From NCBI GenBank assembly GCA_965203355.1, contig OZ241889.1, positions 4,107,185 to 4,171,184 on the forward strand: a DNA stretch of 64,000 nucleotides, written 5' to 3'. The position numbers were made by a program, and so were the translations under genes. Under the pieces are notes generated by a model, which saw only the letters and a program-made list of their open reading frames with translations, ran no database searches and was not told the DNA's origin. Shown piece by piece: positions 45,073-54,483 of the stretch. Within the stretch, counting starts at the first letter, position 1. Every line of letters begins with the position of its first letter. Source of the stretch: Candidatus Latescibacterota bacterium (lineage in GTDB: Bacteria > Latescibacterota > UBA2968 > UBA8231).

Positions 45073-46118
45073 GGGTCCAAGGGCTCTAATTCGAGAGCAA
45101 TATAGCGCAAGCCCAAGTCGGTGAGTGCGGCCACTAAGGCCGAGCGCAACCGGGCTTCAGCGAGGCGGGCGATGGCTGCTGTGGGCAAGCACAGGATGAG
45201 CATCTGGTCGCGCTGCTCGTACGCGGCCGGCAGCAGCGAATGCGCTGCGAGCAGCGGATTGACGCGCGCAAAAAGCGGCTCGCCAGCACTGGAGTCGGCA
45301 ATGGTGAGCAGCGCCTCGTTCATGCTGCCGGAGCGAAAGCCGCACAAATCAACCGCAGCTTGCAAATAGCCGATTTCCCGCAAGTGCTCCAGCAAAGACC
45401 GGCGCGCATCTGGGTCGCCCAGCAGGCGCGTCAAGTCCTCAGCGGGCAACTCAATCCGCGACAGCACCTCGTGGTGGCGCGCGCGAACCTGCTCAAAGCC
45501 ACAGACCTCGCGCAGATAGCACTCGGCGCGGTCGATTTGGCGCAAACCCTCGGCGGTAACCGGGGTGCCGTAGGGGAAGCGCGACGATAGGCAGGCCATG
45601 GCCGGGCGGTCCCACACCGCCAGTCCCCAGCGCTTGGCTAGCGCGCGCACGTCGTCCTTGGTCAGACCCGCCTCGGCTAAGGGCGCGTGTACGCCGCGCT
45701 CGCGCGCGGCCGCAGCCCCAGGGCGGAAATCGCCGATGTCGTCGGCGTTTTGGCCGTAGAGGATGTAACGGACGTTGAGCGTACGCGCTAGCTGCTCCAT
45801 GTGGGCGAACAACTCTTGCTTGCAGTAGTAACAGCGGTTGGGCGCGTTTTTGGCGTAGTCGGGGTTGTCCAGTTCGCGGGTTTTGACCACCTCGTGGCGC
45901 ATGCCGAGTGCGCGGGTGATCTCAGTGGCCTTCGCCAACTCGCCCGTGGCATAGCTTTCAGAATCCGCGGTGACGCAGATGGCCCCCTCGCCCAAAACCC
46001 GCTGGGCCGCCACCGCCAGCGTGGCGCTATCGACCCCGCCCGAATAGCCGACCAGCACCTGCCCCATAGGGCGCAGAATTTCTTCGAGGTGCGCTAGTTT
46101 TTCGTCTAGAGAGCGCAT
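45069..46118 (-). CDS. larE: LarE-family ATP-dependent sulfur transferase with duplicated C-terminal subdomain
   Basis: PP-loop YSGGVDS, NRCYYCK, DFRPG, ACLSSRFPYG, GFRSGSMN. Confidence 0.88.
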   Translation of the reverse strand: MRSLDEKLAHLEEILRPMGQVLVGYSGGVDSATLAVAAQRVLGEGAICVTADSESYATGELAKATEITRALGMRHEVVKTRELDNPDYAKNAPNRCYYCKQELFAHMEQLARTLNVRYILYGQNADDIGDFRPGAAAARERGVHAPLAEAGLTKDDVRALAKRWGLAVWDRPAMACLSSRFPYGTPVTAEGLRQIDRAECYLREVCGFEQVRARHHEVLSRIELPAEDLTRLLGDPDARRSLLEHLREIGYLQAAVDLCGFRSGSMNEALLTIADSSAGEPLFARVNPLLAAHSLLPAAYEQRDQMLILCLPTAAIARLAEARLRSALVAALTDLGLRYIALELEPLDP

Positions 46119-46123
46119 GGCAA

Positions 46124-47572
46124 TCAGAAATGGGATTTATCCGCAGACACGGCGCACGGCATGATCGCCGCGTCGACCATGCCGTGCAGAATTTTCTTGT
46201 CGGCCGGAAACACTAGCGCTTGGATGCCGCACAGGCGCGGCGCATCGCCGATGACATAATAATAAGGACGCAGCATCACCCGGCCTCGCATGGGCACGAC
46301 CTCGTCGCGGTCAAAGTCGTAGTAGCGCACGGTGCGACGGGCGGCCTTGTGAAACTCCTGCAAGATATAGGGCTGGTGTGCAAAGCGGTCGAGTGCCTCT
46401 TGCACGCGCTCGGCCCATTCGGCTTCGGGCAGGTCGTGGCCGATGGACACGCCCTTGCTCTCATAGGCTATGTTGGAAAAACCCGAGGGCTTGAGCACGA
46501 GCTCGCGCTGCTTTTTGGTTAGGTGCTTCAACTGCTGCCAGTCGCTGACCGGCTGGCCGCCCATGTCGAGGCCGGGAATGACGGCGTGGGGCGGCAGCGG
46601 CCGTGCATCGACAATCCACGAGCGCGGGATCAAGCGGTCTAAGGCAGCAAAAGGCTCTTTGCCCAAGGTGCGGCGCCAATAGGATTTGAGCGCGGGGTGG
46701 TGAAAAAACGCCAGCCAGAGCTTTTCTTCGAGATATGCCTTTGGCGGCGGGGTCAAACACAGGGCATTCTTCTTGGCAAAATAGGTAAACAGCTCAGCCT
46801 TGGGGATATTTTTGAGGTCGAACAGTTCAAAAAAGCGATAGGCCGCGTCAATGCGCCAAGGAGCCTGCTCGTCAGCGCCTTGGAGGAAGAGACCATTCTC
46901 GTCAAAGCGGGCCTCGCGCGGGTGGGCACTGCGGGCCGGTTTGCCAGCCGCCTGTAAGCGCTCAACCAGCCATTCCATTTCTCGGCGGTAGGCTTCAGAT
47001 TCGTCCGAGACAAAGAGGGCGAAATGCGGCTCATCCACCTCGGTGGCCGCGGCAATGGCTTCGTAAAATGGGTCGATCAGGCCACGGGCACCGCCGATGA
47101 TGGCGTAGCCAAGATCCGCATAGGCCTCCGAGACTTGGGAGGTGAATCCCATGCCGCCGGGGAGGGCGTCTAGCTCGACCAGTTTGAAGCCGTCTTCAGT
47201 GAGCAAAAGATCCGGGCGAATGACCAAAGGCACCTGGGACTTGATGCGATTCCAGCGGCCCATTTCGCGCACAGCACTGGGTTTGCCCAAGTCCAAATAC
47301 TCGTGAATCCAAGACGGCTCGACGCCTTTGACGCTCTGGTGGTAGAGCTGATTGCAGGCCTTGTAAAACCGATGGAGAACGCCGCCGAGCTGATCTAGGT
47401 AGCGGTGTTGCGCTGGCGCAAGCCAGAACGGCTCTGGAGCAATGCGCCACGGCAGATTACTGTCCGGGTGTAAACGGGTGCGGTCGCCTTCAAAAAGGCC
47501 ACCGGCGGGACAATGGGCATTGATGTGGAGGCAGAGCGCTTTGAGATCGGATGCGGTGCTGGGCAGAGACAT
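46124..47572 (-). CDS. Uncharacterised ATP-grasp-like ligase (glutathionylspermidine synthase-like)
   Basis: IRPDLLL...FKLVELD..PGG, YRFFELFD, VLKPSGFS, YILQEF, KKILHGM. Confidence 0.6.
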   Translation of the reverse strand: MSLPSTASDLKALCLHINAHCPAGGLFEGDRTRLHPDSNLPWRIAPEPFWLAPAQHRYLDQLGGVLHRFYKACNQLYHQSVKGVEPSWIHEYLDLGKPSAVREMGRWNRIKSQVPLVIRPDLLLTEDGFKLVELDALPGGMGFTSQVSEAYADLGYAIIGGARGLIDPFYEAIAAATEVDEPHFALFVSDESEAYRREMEWLVERLQAAGKPARSAHPREARFDENGLFLQGADEQAPWRIDAAYRFFELFDLKNIPKAELFTYFAKKNALCLTPPPKAYLEEKLWLAFFHHPALKSYWRRTLGKEPFAALDRLIPRSWIVDARPLPPHAVIPGLDMGGQPVSDWQQLKHLTKKQRELVLKPSGFSNIAYESKGVSIGHDLPEAEWAERVQEALDRFAHQPYILQEFHKAARRTVRYYDFDRDEVVPMRGRVMLRPYYYVIGDAPRLCGIQALVFPADKKILHGMVDAAIMPCAVSADKSHF

Positions 47573-47703
47573 CGAATAGGCTCTCTAAGATGAATAGATT
47601 CTAATTTAGGGTGCATGGTACGCTAGGTCAACGACCGGCCCGTTGGCCTTTGGCAAGAACGAGCCAACACCGCATATTTGCTCGAGCGACGGAGGAACGC
47701 GAT

Positions 47704-48534
47704 ATGGAACTGATAGGCAGGCGTTGCCTAGTGACGGGCGGCGGACGCGGCATTGGCCGGGCCATTGCCCTCGCCTTGGCGCGGGCCGGGGCGCACGTGG
47801 CGATTTTGGCGCGCACTGGATCCGAGCTAGACGAGACCGCCGCACTTTTGGCAGACCCAGGTCAAACAGCGTTGACATTGCAAGCGGATGTGGGGCGGCG
47901 CGAGGAGGTAGATGCAGCCATTGATCGCGTCCTCGCAGCTTGGGGTGGGATCGATGTACTAGTCAACAACGCGGGAATTCAGGGGCCTATAGGCCGAGTA
48001 GAAGAGGTCGATCCAGAGGCTTGGATGCAGGTGGTACAGGTCAACCTCGGCGGCTGTTTCTACTGCACTCGCAAAGTCCTGCCGACCATGATCGCCCAGC
48101 ACTACGGCAAGATCATCAACCTTTCGGGCGGCGGTGCCGTGGGGCCGCGGCCCTTCTTTAGCGCGTATAGCACCTCCAAGGCCGCCGTCGTGCGCTTTAG
48201 CGAAAACTTGGCTGGAGAAGTGGCCGAACACGGCATTGACGTCAACGCCATTGCCCCCGGAGCAGTCAACACGCGGATGCTCGACCAACGGCTAGCAGCC
48301 GGCGCGGCCGTGAGCGCGGCGGAACGCAAGCAGGATCAGCACCTGCTGCGCAAAGGCGACGCTACGGGCGCGCGCGCGGCCGCGCTGGCAGTCTATCTGG
48401 CCTCGGGGCGCTCAGACGGGCTGACGGGGCGGCTGCTATCCGCCGTTTGGGATACGTGGGAAACCCTCGATGTCGAGGCGGTTATGGCCACGGAAACCTT
48501 TGCGGTGCGGCGCGTACCACCGCAGGAGGGCTGA
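47704..48534 (+). CDS. Short-chain dehydrogenase/reductase
   Basis: TGGGRGIG, NNAG, YSTSK catalytic motif; RBS GGAGGA before ATG 47704. Confidence 0.92.
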   Translation: MELIGRRCLVTGGGRGIGRAIALALARAGAHVAILARTGSELDETAALLADPGQTALTLQADVGRREEVDAAIDRVLAAWGGIDVLVNNAGIQGPIGRVEEVDPEAWMQVVQVNLGGCFYCTRKVLPTMIAQHYGKIINLSGGGAVGPRPFFSAYSTSKAAVVRFSENLAGEVAEHGIDVNAIAPGAVNTRMLDQRLAAGAAVSAAERKQDQHLLRKGDATGARAAALAVYLASGRSDGLTGRLLSAVWDTWETLDVEAVMATETFAVRRVPPQEG

Positions 48535-49554
48535 GTGTACAAGGTGGGGATCATCGGCGCGGGTCGCATGGGGCGGCGGCGGGCGACCACAGCCCATGCC
48601 CACGGCGCGTCCGCAGTTACCCTAATCTACGACGAGTACGCGCCCGCCGCGGCCGCACTGGCCGCCGACTGCGAAGCCGAGGCAGCCCATTCGCCGGAGG
48701 AGCTAATCGCAGCCGATCTCGACATCGCAGTCGTCGCGACGACGCACGACGCCTTGGCCTCCATCAGCACGGCCGCTCTCCTAGCCGGCAAACACGTCTT
48801 GTGCGAAAAGCCGTTGGGACGCAACCCCCAAGAAGCCCGGCAGGCCGTCGCCGCGGCCGAGCGGAGCGGGCGCGTACTCAAGGTCGGCTACAACCACCGC
48901 TATCATCCCGCGATCCAAAAGCTGCACGAAGTCTGTACCGCGGGCGAGATCGGCCCGTTGCTGAGCGTCCGGGCGCGCTATGGCCACGGCGGACGGCCCG
49001 GCTACGACCACGAGTGGCGGACCGACCCCGAAAAGGCGGGCGGCGGCGAGCTTTTGGACCAAGGGGCCCATCTAATCGACTTGGCCAAATGGCTGTTGGG
49101 CGACTTTGCCGAAGTCTCAGGCTATGTCGAGACCCACTTCTGGGACTCGCCCGTGGAGGATAACGCCTACGGACTCTTTCGCACAGCCACCGGGCAGATT
49201 GCCTCGCTGCACGCGAGCTGGACGCAGTGGAAAAACCTCTTCAGTTTCGAGGTATTCGGGCGCGATGGGTACGTCTCCGTCGAAGGCTTGGGGGGATCCT
49301 ACGGGCCGGGCCACGCCATCGTGGGGCGGCGCAATCCCCACGGAGGCGCACCAGACAGCGTGCGTTTTGACTACCCGGACGAGGATCGCTCGTGGGAACT
49401 GGAGTGGGCCGACTTTTTGCGCGGCCTAGCCGGTGCGGGCACCCCTTACTCGCTTGGACCGGAGGCTTTGGAGACTATCGAGTGGATTTATAGATGTTAC
49501 CGGGCGGCTGCCGAAAAGTGCTCGGTGCGGCGGGAAGAATTTCTAAATATGTAA
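48535..49554 (+). CDS. Gfo/Idh/MocA family oxidoreductase
   Basis: GIIGAGRMG, HVLCEKP, GGGELLDQGAHLID. Confidence 0.92.
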   Translation: MYKVGIIGAGRMGRRRATTAHAHGASAVTLIYDEYAPAAAALAADCEAEAAHSPEELIAADLDIAVVATTHDALASISTAALLAGKHVLCEKPLGRNPQEARQAVAAAERSGRVLKVGYNHRYHPAIQKLHEVCTAGEIGPLLSVRARYGHGGRPGYDHEWRTDPEKAGGGELLDQGAHLIDLAKWLLGDFAEVSGYVETHFWDSPVEDNAYGLFRTATGQIASLHASWTQWKNLFSFEVFGRDGYVSVEGLGGSYGPGHAIVGRRNPHGGAPDSVRFDYPDEDRSWELEWADFLRGLAGAGTPYSLGPEALETIEWIYRCYRAAAEKCSVRREEFLNM

Positions 49555-49790
49555 AAAAAAACGAGTTACGAATAGTATAGCCGCCGCGCCATTAGGTGCC
49601 GCGGTTATTTTTTTGTCGCATGCGTTATTTTTTTGCAAATTTTACGCGAAAATTTCTTACCATTATAGATAGCGAGGCGGTAAACGCTACTCTTTTGTCT
49701 ATAGAAAGGAAGGACGCTTTTAGACCAAGTTAAGCACCGCAATTCTTTATTTTTCGCATCTCATATACCCTTAACCCCGCAGGAAGTGCT

Positions 49791-50042
49791 ATGAGAACAG
49801 ATCAGGATACTGCCCAAGTGGAACGCATTGCGATGGCTTATCGACGCCTTGCTAACGCTATGATTCTCAGTACTTTACGCGAAATATCCAAGATGGATGA
49901 GGTCGTGATAGCCCCAGACGACACCCCGGAGATGGCCTTTGTCGAAAGCTCTAGGATCGATCCTTGGTGCGAGTTGGCTGGCCTCGAACCCGAAGTCGTG
50001 CGCAAGGCCGCTAAACGGCTGATAGAAGAACGACCTTTTTAG
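49791..50042 (+). CDS. Small hypothetical protein (phage-like helical motif)
   Basis: RBS CAGGAAG; own AT-rich upstream region and downstream terminator; LANAMI...FVES..ID.WCELAGLEPEVVR. Confidence 0.65.
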   Translation: MRTDQDTAQVERIAMAYRRLANAMILSTLREISKMDEVVIAPDDTPEMAFVESSRIDPWCELAGLEPEVVRKAAKRLIEERPF

Positions 50043-50056
50043 CACAGCACAAGACC

Positions 50057-50096
50057 AAAAAAAGCTCTGGAAGTGTCGCTTCCAGAGCTTTTTTTT
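50057..50096. terminator. Bidirectional Rho-independent terminator
   Basis: A7-GCTCTGGAAG-loop-CTTCCAGAGC-T8 between convergent genes. Confidence 0.9.
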
Positions 50097-50098
50097 GT

Positions 50099-52087
50099 TT
50101 AGTAACCGGCGCGAAGCGTGGCACGCGCGGCGTGGTCTAGGAGGCCGTGCACCACTTTTTCGGCATCGCGGTGGCGCAAATCCTCAAAGCGCAAGGCCCA
50201 GACGTGGTCTCGGTACGCCATATTGCGCAGTTCGATGAGGACCTTGACGTCAGCGGGGTTGTTGTACAAGACCCCTAGCCCTTGTCCGCGGACGCGAGCA
50301 CCCGCCCCTAAGGCCGGGAGCAAGGAGCGGGCAAATTGGCGCGAGACGCGATCTATCCTCCCACTCTTGCTGCTTTTGTAGTATAAAACCAGCGGCGCTT
50401 CTGGGGCCTTGGGTTCAACATCGGCGTGAAAAGAAAGAAAGATGCGCCGGCCCCGCGGCGCGTTGGCAAAGGCTTGACGGGCAATGCGTACGCGCGTCGA
50501 AAGATTGCTGCCGCGTGGCCAAGCACTGAGCTTGTTGGTCTGGTTGTAAGCAGCCAAGTTGTACACTTCGTTTTTTTCGTTGACAAAAGTTTGAGTCGGC
50601 GGATCGTTCTGGCGGATTAGGTGGTTGGGGCTGAGTAGGGTCATGGTGGCGCGCCCCCCGTGTAAGCGCACCAAGACATACACCCGCAGCGCAATGTCGA
50701 AGACGTACTCGTCCTCGACGACGTAGAGCCTGTTGCCATTGCCGTCGCGAGTGGAAACCACTGCGCCCGGGTCCAGCCCGCCGTGCCCTGGGTCGAGGAC
50801 GATGTGCCAGCCTTCCAACTGAGAGCTCAAGCGCCCCATGCTCCCGACCTTGCGCTCGAATTCCCGCCACAGGCGCACTGCCTGGCGATACGTATGGCGC
50901 GGCGATCTTGGATGGCCCTCGTAATAGGTCTTATTCGGCTGGCGCTTATTGCGGGGCCGGGAGAAGTAATACGGCCCGTTGTCGAAGGTGATTTTTGGCA
51001 TGTCAGCGCGGCGGATCTGCAGGTCGTCCCAGTTGATCTCAGACAATTCCACCCAGCGCATTGGCCGCACCTTAAGCCGGTCGCCCGGGTGGATGACGGC
51101 GTTGCTCTTCAACTGGTTGAGGCGGGTAATTTCAGCCACGCTCATCTGGTGCAGGCGGGCGATCTGCGCGAGGTAATCGCCCCGCTTAACCACGTACGTG
51201 GCCAGCCCCGGGCCCGCCTTGCGGTCTGGATAGAGCTTGAGTACCTGACCCGGATAGATGCGATTTGACGCAAGGCCGTTGAGCTTCTTGAGCTCATAGA
51301 CCTCGATCCCGTAGGCGCGGGCAATTTCCCACAGCGCGTCCCCGCGCTCCACGATGTGTACCGTGCTTTCCGCGTCCTTGAGGCGGAGTTTCTGCCCGCT
51401 GAAAATCCGGTCGCCGGCAAGGCCGTTGAGACGCTGCAACTGGCTGATTGGGACTCGGTAGCGTCGGGATATCTCGGTCAGGGTTTCGCCCTCTTGCACC
51501 ACGTGGACGGCTTCCTCTAACCGCGAAGCGCGCAGGCGGAGCTTTTGTCCGGGCCGGATGAGGTCGCTTTTGAGCTGGTTGATCTGGCGCAGAAATCCCA
51601 AACTCACGTCAAATCGCAGGGCGATTTTCGACAGCGAGTCGCCCGAGCGAACCGTGTATGCACGCGGATCTTCGTCTTGGTCGTTGGCCGCGTCCCTCCG
51701 CGCCGGCGCGGACGCGACCGTTTGCAGGTAGAGCTTCTGCCCAACGTGGATGACGCTCCCATTGAGGTGGTTGAGCGCCTTGAGCCTATAGACCGAGACG
51801 GCGAACTGCCGCGCGATTTTCGACAGGGTGTCGCCGCGCCGGACGCGATACCAATCGCCGCTTTTTACTGGCAGACCAACTTTGAGACTCCGGCCAGCAT
51901 ATATCCGATTGCTGCGGAGATTATTCCAGCGCCGAACTTGCTTTTGTGAGACTCGGTAGCGCGTGGCAATCTCAGAGAGCGTATCCCCTCGTTTGACCAC
52001 GTGGACGATAGGACTCCTGCGCTCGGCGGCGTCCAGTGCAAAAGCACACAAGAACAGCGCCACCAAGATGTAAACCGGGCGCGACAT
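50099..52087 (-). CDS. N-acetylmuramoyl-L-alanine amidase (Amidase_3) with six LysM domains
   Basis: Six xVxxG(D/E)xL LysM starts; IVLDPGHGG, VEDE, FLSFHAD, VLIEL Zn/catalytic motifs; signal peptide from ATG 52087. Confidence 0.88.
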   Translation of the reverse strand: MSRPVYILVALFLCAFALDAAERRSPIVHVVKRGDTLSEIATRYRVSQKQVRRWNNLRSNRIYAGRSLKVGLPVKSGDWYRVRRGDTLSKIARQFAVSVYRLKALNHLNGSVIHVGQKLYLQTVASAPARRDAANDQDEDPRAYTVRSGDSLSKIALRFDVSLGFLRQINQLKSDLIRPGQKLRLRASRLEEAVHVVQEGETLTEISRRYRVPISQLQRLNGLAGDRIFSGQKLRLKDAESTVHIVERGDALWEIARAYGIEVYELKKLNGLASNRIYPGQVLKLYPDRKAGPGLATYVVKRGDYLAQIARLHQMSVAEITRLNQLKSNAVIHPGDRLKVRPMRWVELSEINWDDLQIRRADMPKITFDNGPYYFSRPRNKRQPNKTYYEGHPRSPRHTYRQAVRLWREFERKVGSMGRLSSQLEGWHIVLDPGHGGLDPGAVVSTRDGNGNRLYVVEDEYVFDIALRVYVLVRLHGGRATMTLLSPNHLIRQNDPPTQTFVNEKNEVYNLAAYNQTNKLSAWPRGSNLSTRVRIARQAFANAPRGRRIFLSFHADVEPKAPEAPLVLYYKSSKSGRIDRVSRQFARSLLPALGAGARVRGQGLGVLYNNPADVKVLIELRNMAYRDHVWALRFEDLRHRDAEKVVHGLLDHAARATLRAGY

Positions 52088-52203
52088 AGACTTATACTTG
52101 GAATTGGACAACAGGGGAAGGGGTTTTGCAAGTATAAGGTCATTAAAGCTGTTGCGCAAAGACTACTTGCTGACCACAGAGGGGCAACCTATACTTCGCC
52201 TCC

Positions 52204-53586
52204 GTGAATGAAGCTAAGTTGCCCTCGGTAGATCAGATGCTCAAGCAGGTCGCCGACCTCTTGCAAGAGTACGACCGCGCCTATGTCGTCGAGCAGGTGC
52301 GCCGCTGCATTGCGGACGTGCGTCGCCAAGTGCGGGTGGGCACTCTAGACGAGGATCGAGCGGCCTTAGACGTGCGGATTGAACAGGCCGTACGCCACTG
52401 CATCAAACAGGAGGCCGCGCCCCGACTACACCGCGTCGTCAATGCCACCGGCGTGGTTCTGCACACTGGCTTGGGCCGCGCCCCGCTGCCCCAAGCGGCC
52501 CAAGCGGCCATCGCACAGGCGGCCAGCGGCTATTGCAACCTCGAACTCGAACTAGAATCGGGCAAACGCGGCGAGCGCGTCGCGCACGTCGAGGGCCTTA
52601 TATGCTCGGCGACCGCAGCGGAAGCTGCCGCCGTGGTCAACAACAACGCCGCTGCCGTGCTCCTGCTGCTCGACACCTTGGCGCGGGGGCGGGAAGTGGT
52701 GGTCTCGCGGGGGCAACAAGTCGAGATCGGCGGCTCATTCCGCCTGCCCGAAATCATCGCGGCTAGCGGGGCCAAGCTGCGAGAGGTCGGCACGACGAAC
52801 CGGACGCACTTGCGCGACTACGAGCGCGTCGTCGGCCCGGAAACCGGGGCTGTTCTAGTGGTGCATCCGAGCAATTACAGGGTGCAGGGCTTTACCGCCG
52901 AGGTAGATATCAAGGACTTGGCTGCGCTGAGCCAGCGCACCGAAGTGCCGCTGGTCCACGACTTAGGGAGTGGTGCCTTGGTCGATCTGGAGCAATGGGG
53001 GTTGCCGCCCGAGCCAGTGGTTGCCTCCAGTCTCAAGGCCGGAGCAACCGTAGTCAGTTTCAGCGGGGACAAAGTGCTGGGCGGGCCGCAAGCCGGTATC
53101 ATCGCTGGCCAGCGTCCCTATGTAGAGCGGGTGCGCCAAAATCCGCTCATGCGCGCCCTGCGCTGCGACAAGCTGACCTACGCCGCGCTCGAAGCGGTGT
53201 TGTCGCTCTATCGCCTACCGCCGGATAAGCTGACCGAGGCCCTGCCAGCGCTGGCCATGCTGCGAGCGACTGTTGAGACGCTGGAAGCACGCACCCAGCG
53301 GCTGTTGTCCCTTTTGCCCGAGGGCGTCTGCCGCGCCCTCCGCCTCGAAGTGGTAGAGTCGCTAGCGCAAGCCGGCAGCGGGGCCCTGCCCCTAGCCAAG
53401 ATTCCCAGCCGGGCCGTGGCCCTCCAGCCAGACGCGGGCCGGGCCGAGCAGCTAGGGCGCCAACTTAGGCGGCAGGGCGTAGTCGGTCGCATCGCCCGCG
53501 AGCGGCTCCTACTCGACATGCGCACCGTGCGCGACGACGAGGTGGAATGGATCGCCCGAGCATTGTTGCACGTTACCGCACCGTAA
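52204..53586 (+). CDS. selA: L-seryl-tRNA(Sec) selenium transferase
   Basis: VNATGVVLHTGLGRAP, VEIGGSFRLP, EVGTTNRTH, SFSGDKVLGGPQAG. Confidence 0.95.
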   Translation: MNEAKLPSVDQMLKQVADLLQEYDRAYVVEQVRRCIADVRRQVRVGTLDEDRAALDVRIEQAVRHCIKQEAAPRLHRVVNATGVVLHTGLGRAPLPQAAQAAIAQAASGYCNLELELESGKRGERVAHVEGLICSATAAEAAAVVNNNAAAVLLLLDTLARGREVVVSRGQQVEIGGSFRLPEIIAASGAKLREVGTTNRTHLRDYERVVGPETGAVLVVHPSNYRVQGFTAEVDIKDLAALSQRTEVPLVHDLGSGALVDLEQWGLPPEPVVASSLKAGATVVSFSGDKVLGGPQAGIIAGQRPYVERVRQNPLMRALRCDKLTYAALEAVLSLYRLPPDKLTEALPALAMLRATVETLEARTQRLLSLLPEGVCRALRLEVVESLAQAGSGALPLAKIPSRAVALQPDAGRAEQLGRQLRRQGVVGRIARERLLLDMRTVRDDEVEWIARALLHVTAP

Positions 53587-54002
53587 AAACTGCGCTGTTG
53601 CTAGCCGCTTGGCTGCTCAGCGGCTGCGGCAGCAAAGACCCCACCGCACCCCTTGCACCTGCACCTGCGCCCCCGGAATCCACCCGCCAAGCCGGGACCG
53701 TCGCGGTCGCCAACCACACCGCCTACGATCTCGAAGTGGCGTACCTCAACGAGACCGATCCAGACGCGCCGCGAATCGTGCGTACTCACGTACCGGCCGG
53801 CCAGCGTGCCGAGGTTTCGGGCGGAGTGCTGCCAGCCGGTCTAGCGGTAGAATTCGACTTGGTACTCGTCCCACGCCCGGAAGACGGAATTCGGGTGCGG
53901 CGCAAAATCCGGGTCTCGATTGACGGCGATTGGGTCTTAAATGTGCGCTTGGCAGACGAATCCGACCCCTTCAGCCTAGAAGTAGCCAGCGCGTCTCCAT
54001 AG
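53547..54002 (+). CDS. Hypothetical lipoprotein
   Basis: Lipobox LLSGC, Pro-rich linker, beta-rich domain; start uncertain (overlaps selA). Confidence 0.6.
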   Translation: MDRPSIVARYRTVKTALLLAAWLLSGCGSKDPTAPLAPAPAPPESTRQAGTVAVANHTAYDLEVAYLNETDPDAPRIVRTHVPAGQRAEVSGGVLPAGLAVEFDLVLVPRPEDGIRVRRKIRVSIDGDWVLNVRLADESDPFSLEVASASP

Positions 54003-54132
54003 GCTGCAAAGAGAGCGCAATATTTTCGCTTGCTTTATCGCGGGGTGGGTTTTACGTTTGATAAGCCCACGACGAACTTTCAGCTCTCTCCCCTTACATA
54101 ATTTCATAAACCAGTTCCCGATAACTAGCTAG

Positions 54133-54423
54133 TTGTGCCGCTCGTTTTGGCACAGCTATGAGGATCAAAAACCCATGGTTTTGGACATCCGCGACTTGCG
54201 CCAACAGGCCGCGCCAGTCGCCGACGCCTCGTTGGACGCCGATTTAATCGGCCACTTCGAGCAGCTCACCTCCGGAGCCTCCGAAGCACAACTATTAGTC
54301 GGATTGAGTGGGAGACTCGACGGCCCAGCTGGGCAACAAGCGGCCGCCCGGCTGGAAAATTGGCAATCGCGCTCGGCTTCGCTCAAACTCAAGATATATC
54401 ACCTAGAGCAAGGCATCCGCTGA
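54133..54423 (+). CDS. Small hypothetical protein
   Basis: Only plausible ORF in the gap, followed by a terminator; start uncertain (54133 or 54175). Confidence 0.4.
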   Translation: MCRSFWHSYEDQKPMVLDIRDLRQQAAPVADASLDADLIGHFEQLTSGASEAQLLVGLSGRLDGPAGQQAAARLENWQSRSASLKLKIYHLEQGIR

Positions 54424-54452
54424 GCATTTATTCCAATCCGAGTCTCCCCAAG

Positions 54453-54483
54453 GGCCGTTCGTCGACGGGCGAACGGCCTTTTT
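54453..54483 (+). terminator. Rho-independent terminator
   Basis: GGCCGTTCGTC/GGCGAACGGCC stem plus T5. Confidence 0.7.

Noticed and set aside
53587-54450. tRNA-Sec (selC), selB or a selenoprotein near selA
   Set aside because: No tRNA-like fold or convincing in-frame UGA/SECIS recognised
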